Positions 10,521 to 21,479 of a stretch of 64,000 nucleotides of DNA are shown piece after piece. The stretch comes from Diadema antillarum (Eukaryota), in the NCBI RefSeq assembly GCF_040938485.1, contig NW_027272928.1, positions 62,001 to 126,000 of the forward strand, read 5' to 3'. Position numbers and translations under genes: made by a program. Under the pieces are notes generated by a model, which made no database searches, was not told the DNA's origin, and worked only from the letters and a program-made list of their open reading frames with translations. Each line of letters opens with the position of its first letter. Within the stretch, counting starts at the first letter, position 1.

Positions 10521-13361
10521 GTACAACTGTCCTTTAATTCATAGAGATGCATGACATGCACCTTGCAGTGTATTACCTAATATGGACACAGGGATGGTTT
10601 ATATGTCTGTCACTGATTGGCTGTCCAGAGTCATGTGATCAACTTGTTCTGGCACATTCCAGGAATCAGGACCAGGATTTGAAGGGTTATGCTCTCAGAT
10701 CAACCTTTTCGGAGCAAATTTTGTTGTAAGCAAGTGGCAGATTTGCACGCTAATATCACAATGTACATTTCACCTCCATTTTTGTAAGTATGACCAAGGA
10801 GCTTGAAGCTCCTTGGTATGATCAATCAAAAGTGCTGAACTTTTGGGTGTACTTTTATTTTGGGACATGTCCTTTGATAACTTTGTCACTTGATATCATT
10901 TGAAACCCTGCAGTACTAGCCATCATGTTCTCATCCCTCTTTGTCCAGCGGATGTGATGTGATGTGTAGGGTATATATATGTCATTATTTTTGGGGGTTT
11001 TGTTGTTGTTGTTGTTGTTGTTTTTGTTTTTTTTTTTTGGGGGGGGGCTGTTTTATGAATCTTGTGATGCTTGTTTATACATTAAGAGCAACCAACGAGA
11101 GCAGAGGACCTTGGATTGTGTGCCTTTTGGAATCATAGCTGCATGCCAGCTGTTAAAAAATCCCACCAGACTTTTAGGGGTGCAGATACAATGTCTGTTT
11201 GTCATTTCCTTTCAAGGGGCACTATGGGTCCCCCACGCACAGCTGAGTTCTAAAGTTCTAAAAAGATGGAGAGAGCTCTGTGCGTCTGTTGTAAATGTGG
11301 CGGCAATACTTCAAACGTAATGATATACAATGTAATGCAAGCGTAGATATGTCTAAGGATAATTTGTAGAAACAAACTGGTTAAGCCGTCAGTGCCCGTA
11401 TCAGCTGCTTGTAAACTTGCCTGAAAGAGTTACTCTACTCCTTCAGCCCCCTTCTCCACGACTGAGTGTGTTACACAGCTGTATCAAAATCAGTGGGGTT
11501 CAATATCCTCTGTAGTATACACTACAAATTGTCATTTTTATAGTAGTAGTCTTGCACCACACACACTGTACTTTACAACCAGTAGCATCTTTCCATCACA
11601 CATCATTCAGCTAAGAAACCTGCACTTCATTGCCAAAGGTTTTGAATACTGCGGATAAAAGAAATTTTTCCTTGATTGTACTTGGCATGTTTCATGTAAT
11701 TTTACACAGAGAATATATTATCAGGTACTGTTATCATAGTAGAGAATATGGATGGTTTTCATATACATGAACACCACATATTCTTTAATACAGAAACATA
11801 CTTCTAAACATTTTTTTCTTTAAACTGATGAGAGTTTCCATATTTTTCCAGTTTCCCAGAGGGCCTTAGAGTAATGGTTTCTGAATCTTTACCCTCTGTC
11901 TCCAGTGCTACACTAGTTTTGTTTTTGTCATAAGATAAATCAACCAGTCTGTATTTCCCTATTTACTACCTGTATGCTCAAGCTTTGTTTTATTTTGTAT
12001 TTATGCATGCTACTGATATAAGACTTTTTTTTCAATGTGAAACACCCCTGCACACTTCTTGAAATAGATGCGTACAGGCATGATCAGATACTTGTCAGTG
12101 AAATACGGGAACAGATCTGTTATTTTGCCTACTCATTACTCCACCTGTCTCAATGCTTTTCGCAATGGTGAAACGAATATTGTAATAGAAAAAAACAAAC
12201 AAACCAAAAACCCTCACGAAATGCCAACAGCCGGAGGCAAATTGATAGAAGTGAGAAGTGTTATGATAAATTATGGATACAATGCCTACGTACTGGGAGA
12301 CAGATGCAGGCACCGGATTTGCATTCTATCACAGTCAAAGGCACTGCCAGGTTTTGTCAGGAATTAATGCAGAGAAACTGGGGCACGGAGGATTACACAA
12401 AATTCTACTGTAAGACACTTTTCCTGCACAAAATTCCAGAAGTCTGTCCCTAAAAGTCTGATCCCGGCCGATAGCTAGCTGGAGGGGCGTGTAGTGAGGT
12501 ATCAATGTCTTGTGACTACACCTCAGACCCCATCTGCTCACCCATTATCATGCACCTGGTAGTAGTATGAATGCCTGGTTAAATCTGTTTCTATCTGTGG
12601 CCTGCATGTCATTTAGCAAACAGAAACAATCTATTTTATCCCATCTTCATGGAGACCTGCACTTTTAATCGTAATTCCAACTCTTCTGCCTATTTGATGC
12701 TCCTATGGCAAAGTAAGATTTCATCCAATGACAATCTCGTCTAGATTTTTTTTTTTAGCAATAATATGTGCATTGAGCCACATGTAGTCATATCCACTCA
12801 GTCTTTCATGGTCTTTTCTTGTTATAAAGCTGAGAAAAGGGAGAAATAAAACAAAAAAGCCACAACAGCTGCAAGCCAGATATAGTCTGGCAACGAACGA
12901 TCTTGTGAAATTTGTTATTGAATATGTTTCAGCATTTTCGCGCATCAGTCCAGGGAAAAATCAGGTTACAGATTTGATAAACAGCTAGTGTTTCAGAAAC
13001 AAGCTTTTGTTTCCAGCCAATCCAAAGGCAATGTCCTCAAACGGCATTCTTCGTGCCCCGTGTCAGGGAAAAAAAGTTTATATTAAATGTGACAGACGGA
13101 ATACTGTTTCTGATATCGATCCATTTCTTTGGCTTCTACTCTTTCCTCGCTGCCTCGTGTATATCTTGATTTCATGATCATCGTCAGTCTCAAGTCATAT
13201 TGCCTCAGGTTGAAACCGAAACTAGTACATTGATGGCGAGCAGTGAGCGCTGGCTGGATTTCTGCCTCTCACTCCCCCCCCCCCCCCCTCCATCTCTATC
13301 TCTTTTTGTCTGTTCCTTTCTCATACTTTTATATCTCCCCTAAACAAGTTTATTTGTGCAG

Positions 13362-13418
13362 CTCGGAAGAGTCGCCACTCCTGGGTGGCAAAATCCAGAG
13401 GCAGCCGCATCTTTCAGA
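13362..13418 (+). CDS. Candidate next TALPID3 exon (SEESPLLGGKIQRQPHLS), phase 2-2
   Basis: Long pyrimidine tract ending tttgtgcag, donor AGA|GTATGG. 57 nt and open in phase 2, as required after exon 8. No recognised homology. Confidence 0.35.
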
Positions 13419-16400
13419 GTATGGTCGCAATAAACTTTTTCTCCTTGCTCTTCGCGGTGGTATTGTGTTTCTAATTTACTCACAATGATAGATGGGTGAA
13501 AAATGATTGATATAGAGTTGACTTAAATAGCATCATGAAAAGTATTTCAAAAAAAGAAAGAAAAAGTGATAGTGCACTGGCAATGCGGGCAGTGTTCCTG
13601 AAGATGAACGATCCCATGAGACCATACGTTGGGCATGTTAGACCACATTTGATTTATTCGCATGATGGAGATTTGGACAATGATTGAAATAAATGGTGGA
13701 GATGATGAGGCTAGACTGCGTGGCATACTGAAATGAATGGAGAGAAAGAGAAAGAGAAAGAGAGGGGGAATAGATAGAATGATATGATAGAGGGGAGGGG
13801 AATTAAGATTTACAACATGCTTTTTTTTTTTTTTTTCGCATAGCATCTCACACTAAGCCAAGTGTTGCCACCAAGAATATAGGAAAACAAGAACAAAAGC
13901 ATGCTAACAGTCATTAGAGTATTTGGTAGTTTTTGAGTGCATCAAACCAATACTCAAAATATTACAGGAAGCTATTTCTAAGCCTCACAATATCATTCTG
14001 TGTGTTAAAGCTGCCGCATGAGGAGGCCTCATCTATGCTTTTAAACCAATAGGCCGCAAAAAAACAACAACAAATGATAGTGACACTGCGATCATATTAC
14101 AAAGTGTATTTGTTCTGTTGCCATTAAGTCTGCTGTTATTTCAAAAATTTTCCCCAAATAGGCCAGAATTCTTCAGCTTCTCCACTTATCAGAATAACAT
14201 TGTATGATTCTTTCATTGTGACATATTTTTATTATGTCACTCACTTGTCTTTAACTATGATTTTTTTGTTGTTGGAAGTAGATGATTGAGAAAAGGGTAT
14301 AATATTGTAGACTAGGTGCTAATTTCTTTCAAGACTGACATTCGTGTCAAATAATTTGTTTTGTTTTTATTTCTGTGTTTGTTTATTTGTTGGGGGATAC
14401 TGACACAAGAAATGATGATATAATAGAAATGGTGATATTGTACGACATAGCACATTTAGATGTCAATTAATTCCAGATTTCTTAATGTAGGTGTGATACG
14501 ATGTAGTAGGTTTGCTGAGGAACAGGCTAAGTTGTGCAAAAGGAGTGGCCAAAGTGTTTCATATCAACATAACACAGGATAGAATTACAGGCTAGAATTA
14601 CACACCATCAACAAACCAAAGTGGCTTATGTCACTTTAGCTACACAACTTTCCCCAAGTATGTTTTGGTCCATGTCATGGCTAACTCTACAATTGCACCC
14701 ATGTGATTGGTATGGTGTATTTGAGTCGATATCCTGCTTGGTCAGGCTACGTGAATTTTTTCCCCCTTTTTCTTCAATTTCTACAAATCCAGCAGTTGGA
14801 TTTCAAGAATTTCTGACATTGTAGAACAGGCAACAACATTTCCCCATGTCATGACTTGACAGTTTTCACACACGCTTTTACATGGAAGTTGTTTTGTTGT
14901 GTGATATATACACAGGTATATATGCCCATTTGCGCATTCATAGCCAGACTGACATCAGAACGCTCCCCCACTCACAGGTCGTTCATGGAGGCCCAATGAA
15001 CTACTGATTCTGGCCGGTTACACAGGCATTTACTTGCCTTTTATAGACAAATACTTCAAAAACACGCACACACTCATACACACAAAGAAAATCATGTGAA
15101 ACGTTGACAACAGTGTCGCAAACAGTTGCCATGCAAAGTACTGAAAACAATGAGAGAAAAAAAAGGAGAGCAATGACTTAAGAACTGACAGGCACAGAAG
15201 GGAAAATGGAGGGGGGGGGGGGGTAGGAGGGAGAGAGAAAGGAAAGGAGAGAGAGGGAGAAAGGTCAACCTTATTGTTGATACATCAGATGTCAGGAGAC
15301 TGGGACAGTGTGTAAGGGAATCTAGGGGTGCCGATGTCGACATACTCTGCATGCCTTGGAAGCAAGCCTGAGAATTGATGTGGCTGTCTGATCAGAAGAT
15401 GATGACAAAGCCCACGTAGAGGTCATTACCTCTTGCTGTGTGCAAACCCCCGCTTGTCGCCCTTTCCTAACATATCAATTAGGGTCTGGGTAGAATGGCT
15501 GGCATGGCAGTTGCACTGTAACGATGACACCACATACCAACAATCCCCCACGAGTGATACCCTAGACCTTGTTGACACTGATGATACTGAAGATGTATTG
15601 ATGCTGGCACACACTGACATGTAAAATGCACCAAATGTCTTCTCATTTGAGTGTTTGTTAGTGTGTGTATGTGTGTGTGTGTGTGTGTACTAAAAGTTTT
15701 TTTTTTTGTGTGTGTGTGTGTGAATGTGGTAAATACTGATTATAGGATTATTTCTTATTAGGGTGGCTCCAATCTCATGGGTAGTGTAGCATTATGGTTT
15801 ATTTATATTGAGAGTTTGATGAACTTCCACCACAAATCCAAGCTATTATAATGTATGTTTCATGTTTGCATGTGTGAATGTGTGTGCTAGTATGTATACT
15901 ATACTTCTTTGAAGAAAGAAGTTATGTCATTAAAGGTTTGTTTTGATTATGGCATGGAGCTACATAGGCATAAAGATTTATATGTTTCTCTTGAATTGTA
16001 TTTGTTTTGATTTTGTGGTATTCTAAAAGAAAAAAAAACAATTATGAAGAAAATTTCCATTTGCTTCAAGTGACAAAATTTGTCATCTCTGTATTTTATC
16101 ACAACAATCATGGAGGGATGGTCTTGGGTGGAGTAGAGATGACTGCCACAAGGTCTTAGCTAGGTTTGGCTAGGTTTGTATAGCACTGCATCAAATTTCA
16201 ACAGGAAATGGTTGCTAAGGTGGAGTGTGGCATCTGCAAGAAGAGTGGGAAGTTTGGGAAGAAGAGATGACCACACCCAGCTGAAGGGCCTCAGGTGATG
16301 GATGGGCAGTGCTGATGTACGAACCAAAAGTAGGCCTCGATGCTATGTGAGCTTGGCTGGATACCAAGCCCTCTTGTCTCCTCCCCCCCCCCCCCCTCCT

Positions 16401-16800
16401 CCCCCCACCCTCTGCTTGCCTATCTAAGCCTTATTCTTACTTTCCTCTTCTTGCCTACCTAGATTCGCTTTCAGGTAGTTTTGATTCAAGCCTGAGCTAT
16501 TTATCACTCTTCAGATGCTGAGGCATTGTTGCTGTTTTGTGATGTACCCAACTCCGTCCAAGTACAAGTACAACAGTCCTACATTTCAGCCCTATTAAGT
16601 TACTTTCACTGTCATCTGTACTGAATATCAGTCTGGACTTCCCATGTATTTTCTTTTGAAAGAGAATCGCTGACCTGATTTAGTAATATCAGTATGGCGA
16701 AATTGTGTATCAAGTGACTATTGTGTATTCATTGAGATTTGCTCACCAAACCTTTAAATCCTCACATTAGCTAGCTCATTCTTTCCCTTGTGAGTAAACA

Positions 16801-16802
<2 letters not shown>

Positions 16803-16841
<39 letters not shown>
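16803..16841. repeat. (CA)n microsatellite
   Basis: Direct reading. Confidence 0.95.
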
Positions 16842-16843
<2 letters not shown>

Positions 16844-17149
16844 ACATAAAATATGCTGCAGATATTGATAGAATTCATTCTGAACTTTAAGGCAATATTC
16901 AAGAATTGTGAATGCAGCTTTAATACCACAAACATTATAAGATTATTTTGTAAATGGGTCAGTGTGGGGTAAGTAGTGTGGGGAAACGGCTCTGAGATGT
17001 TTACAGAGGGTCAAAACTCTTGCAAGGAAGTCAATTCTGAAAGCAACTGTCAAGCCCATGCCCCGAAGGTGGAGCATACCGTTGAGTTAACATCGCCTTT
17101 AAAATTTGTACCCTCACTCCCTGTCAAGTCCGTGATACCTCTTTAAGGA

Positions 17150-18760
17150 CAGACTCTGGGAAGATGGCCATAAGAGATTTGACGAGCACCCAGGCTAGCT
17201 AGCTGCGCTGTGTTGGTTGGATACTGCGCAGTGTCAGCTTACAAATGGATGTGCAACCGCGGCTGAATTTTTCGGACTTGGCGGGAGTGCGGGAAAGTTT
17301 GCTCGTCTCAAGTGTCGTGTTTGCCAGCATCGAATGACGACGACTCGTGAGATGTCTACAAACCGCATCGAGTTCCCAATCAGTTGCCCCATCTCCGGCT
17401 ACGTGATGGGATGAGGGCCGGGTGGGAGAGAAATGGATGGAGAGAATCGAATGAAGCAGTGCTTTATTTCACGCTCTAATTCTAGATTTTCACTTTGCTG
17501 CATCTTTTGAGATGGTTCAAACCACTTTTTGGGGTTTCGAATTATAGGGGGGCCTCTGATTCTTCGTGTGCCTTCCCTCGCTCCATCTCACCCAGCTTAG
17601 CTTCCCTCTCGTGGGGAAGTCGGCGAAACCAGACTCCCGCCAATTCTCCGCCGCTAATCCTCCGAGGAACCTTGCGCTACATTTGAAACCATTCGCCTTT
17701 GCAAACCAATATGACGGTTGTTTTCTCGATGCTGTTTTTGTCGAAATTATGAGCGGTTTCGTATCCGCACACGGCGTAAATCAATACCTCTTTCATCTCA
17801 CACCAATTACTTCGTGATGCAGACTGACAGGAACGTTATTCGCTTTCATGTGGAGCCTCAAGTTGTCCGCACAGCGTCAAGCATTTTTTCCCTCCCTTAT
17901 TCTTCTCTCCGTCTTCGAGAGGGACTGTATGGGAGGCTCCTTCCAGAACATTTCAACTTAAATGCGCTTTTCCATCATCGCGTATCGTGATAAAGTGTCA
18001 TGAGCAACGGGCGCTATATCTTCACCTGATAGCCCCACCGGTGTCATGTCCTATCCCGCTATCGACTGAGTTTCTTCACGGCTCTCTACATCGGTCCTGA
18101 AAAGAAACGCGATCTCGCAGTTGATTGCTGGGTCAGTTTTCCTAACAGATGTTTCGATAGCTCTCACGTCTCTCGGTACGCCTTGCATTCTATATCAACC
18201 GGGCGAAATAACAAGCTCTCATCTTCCAGAATAGTACCCGGAGGACTGCCGGGCTGGAACATCCTAGCCGAGCGCTCGGGTTCCAGATCGCCGCCAGCAA
18301 TGTCAGCCACAATGAGGCATTCCTCTCCAGAGTCCTCTAACCTCTTCTATTCGCGATCACCATGACAACAGACATAGGAATTAATCGCACCCCTGCAGGC
18401 CAGTTTTTGGCGGCCTGAGATACGCGCTTTGCCGGATATCTCGGCCACTTCTTTATACCGCAAGAATGAGCCAAATCGCTCTCGAATGAAGACTCTTCTT
18501 TTTCCATCGAGCTCATCGTTCATCGGCTCTGAGCTGTGCCTCCGAGGCAGCTGTCAAGAATGAAACACGGAATGCCCGCCAGTCGAGTCGTATTTCACCC
18601 GAAATATATCGCCTAACGCAAAGGGGAAAAAATCGCATGAAAGATATTGACACTCTGCAAAATGCCAAATATGACAAGACTGCCACTACACTTGTCACGA
18701 ATTGAGAAGACAAAAACATGAAATAAATCGAATTTCCCCTGAGAATTGAACGCATTTATT
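17150..18760. promoter_or_regulatory. CpG/GC-rich segment marking the start of the CpG-rich domain; candidate promoter or first-exon region
   Basis: Abrupt rise in CG dinucleotides. No long ORF on either strand (minus frames are interrupted by stops). CCAAT directly overlapping an Inr-like TCAGTT near 17377-17385. Function and orientation are not established. Confidence 0.35.
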
Positions 18761-18837
18761 GTGGGTGGTTTAGGATCCCCAGTTCAGTCCAACATGTAGC
18801 CGCAAATCGTTTTAGTTATTATCCGTGTTATGATCGC

Positions 18838-18873
18838 CATCATCATCATCATCATCATCATCATCTTCATCAT
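18838..18873. repeat. (CAT)n microsatellite
   Basis: Direct reading. Confidence 0.95.
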
Positions 18874-20306
18874 AATTCCCTTCATGACAAATCTGTGTCA
18901 ATGTGAACATTTTTTTTTTCAGGCCTCATATAAAACGTCCAGAATATCGTAGCGATATAATGCAGTCATACTTTACTTGTGTAATGTTTTGAATAACTTC
19001 CCGCTTCTCATTCTTCCATTGGCTTGCTTTGTCATGACTGTCGTCTGCCGAATTGCCATTTTAGTGCATGGCTGAACATGCCCGTGCGTCACATTTTATT
19101 TAGTCACGCCTAGTGAACTGCTCCAAGATATTCCATTAAGTCAGACATACTTGACACTATCGAACTCATCAACACTAAAAACCTCCGTTTTGTGCGCGCC
19201 GTGTTCGTGTGAACCGCGATGAACTTGTGTCGTAGTCCTCCCTGCCTTTGGAATCTCACAATGCAACCAACAAAAAAAAAAAAAGAAAAATGACGTAAAG
19301 TAGGCACTTGACATCATGATAGTGATGGGATTATCTGAATCTCCGGGCTATCATATAGCCTTTGCTGAGAAATTATTTACATTTCAGTGTCTAAACGCAG
19401 AACTAGCTGACTTGTAAAGTGTTAGAATAAACAACTTAGCCTTTATCATATTATGACCAACAAGTATACACGATTTGTAGTTCACACGCCATGAGGATAA
19501 TGTACTAGTACTACAATGTATTATGTTATTGTCCCACGCGCACGCACAGTACATCTTTAAAGTTTTTATGCGGGTCAGGGAAGGCGTGCGCGTTTCGCAT
19601 GCAAATACCGCGGGTCTTTTCTACTGTCTGTACGTAGACGGATGGCGTCATTACATGAGAATGATAAGGCACCTGAGGGGGAGTTTTATGCTGATCGCAG
19701 TGCTCCATCATCTCATGACAGCCGGATTATAATGACCTGCCGTAACAGCGATCCGTGTTTCTCCACCAGAAGGCGCTCCCAGGCATATTGTCGTTTATCA
19801 GCGCTACATCTTTCTCTCCTCTCTCCCCTTCTCCATCCTATCTCTCTTTCTTTTTCTCTTCCTCTCCATCTCACTTTCCGTCTTTTCTCTCCGTCCTGTT
19901 TCTTACTCGATTTCCAGAGTTTCTATTTGCTCAACTTGGTAGAGTTTGTAGAGAAGATGATTGGGGAAAAAAATGAGAGCAAAACCGACGTGATCATAGC
20001 TTGGCTATATGCTGTCAACTACCAACGCTATCGATCCTCGCAAATGAGACGCGTGAATTTGATAAAAAGACTTATATGACTAACTAAATTGTATCAAGTC
20101 GGTAGCTGATGGTAATTTGAGTGCCGTAATACTCAATAAAGAGCGTTTTGATGTTTTCGTGTTGTGCGTGTGTGTGTCTTCGTCTTTACGATGTAGATTT
20201 CATCATGGAACTTTCCAAACCAGATCAATCGCACGTCTCTGTTTACATGGTTGATACATGTATTTCTAAACCACGTTTGTGCTCTGAAGTTATGAAGATT
20301 GGAAAG

Positions 20307-20308
<2 letters not shown>

Positions 20309-20349
<41 letters not shown>
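20309..20349. repeat. (CA)n microsatellite
   Basis: Direct reading. Confidence 0.95.
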
Positions 20350-20350
<1 letters not shown>

Positions 20351-21286
20351 CGGAATCCACTGCAAACGTACTGACACATTCTTTAAATTACAGAATAATT
20401 GCAAGACTGGTCATCAAAATATAGTAGGCCTACATTTACACGAAGATGCGGCTTGATGTACGTAATGTTTCGTGAGTTTATTTTTCGTTCCCTTCGGGGC
20501 GAAGATGAGTTTACTAGAATTCAACAGACAAAGAAAATACCTACAACAAAATAGCACAGAGCTTACGAGAACACCTGTGGTGAATTGAAGTACATGCGAC
20601 AGGTACATTAGAATTATACTTTTGTACTCGATTAATGTCTCCGTCCAGTTTATGAAAAAAAAAAAGAAGAAGAAAGAATATTTGTTCGGAGAGAAATACC
20701 ATTTACCAGTTTAGCGCACAATGATGAGAAATAACGACATGACCAACGAAGTTTATGATATAGATAAAGTGCCTTCAGAAGAGAAAGTGAGAGTGAGGGA
20801 TAACTCATGGTGAGAGGAAAGAAAGCCAAGGGTGCATTTCTCACATCTCATAAGCCGTGGGCATGGCTGGGGAGATGTGTGAAGGTCCAGTTATTTTTTT
20901 TTTTCTGCTATGTGTAATGAATGATGTGTCTGCCTATGTGTTGATGAGAAATTATTGATAGCTCTTGTTTTTCACAGTTCTCAAGATTTTTTTTTTTGTT
21001 TTCATCCGACATCAGCAAATCGTGTGGGTGTTTTTAATTTTTTTTCTCTCTCTTTTAGTTTTTCAATCCTCGTGTGCGAGTTTACGTGGAAACGGCATAA
21101 TACGATGTTATCCATGCATCGATTGTCTCCTCTTGTTTCATCGATCTGAAAACTCGCATGATGTGTTTACCGGTGTCTTGTCCCGCGAGTGAGCCTTTGT
21201 TGGTCAGTTAGGACTAGCAGAAGAGCCGATCAAGGAGTACAAAAACAACAACATATTAATCAGATCCCGGTGCGTCTCTTTACCTG

Positions 21287-21479
21287 GGTCCCGTTGCATA
21301 AAACTTTTTTAGCAACCTTAGAAAATTCAGGTTGGGATTTGCCCAACCTGAATTTTCTAAGGTTGCTAATCTAAGAATGTAAAATCCGTTGCATAAAAAC
21401 TCTGGTTGGGAGCTTCCAACCGTAATTTTGTGATTTCAACCGGAAAAAAAATCCGGTTGGAGTTTTATGCAACGGGCCC
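21287..21479. mobile_element. Harbinger-like MITE with internal perfect hairpin
   Basis: 19-bp TIR GGTCCCGTTGCATAAAACT (1 mismatch), flanks CTG/CAG (CWG type). Internal 27-bp perfect inverted repeat at 21310-21368. Confidence 0.75.

Noticed and set aside
11197-11240. Plus-strand acceptor giving an early stop (RGTMGPPRTAEF*) after exon 8
   Set aside because: No supporting polyA or homology evidence; weaker than the 13362 candidate.
17400-18400. GC-rich minus-strand stretch that looked coding or transposase-like
   Set aside because: All three frames are broken by stops and no domain motif was recognised.
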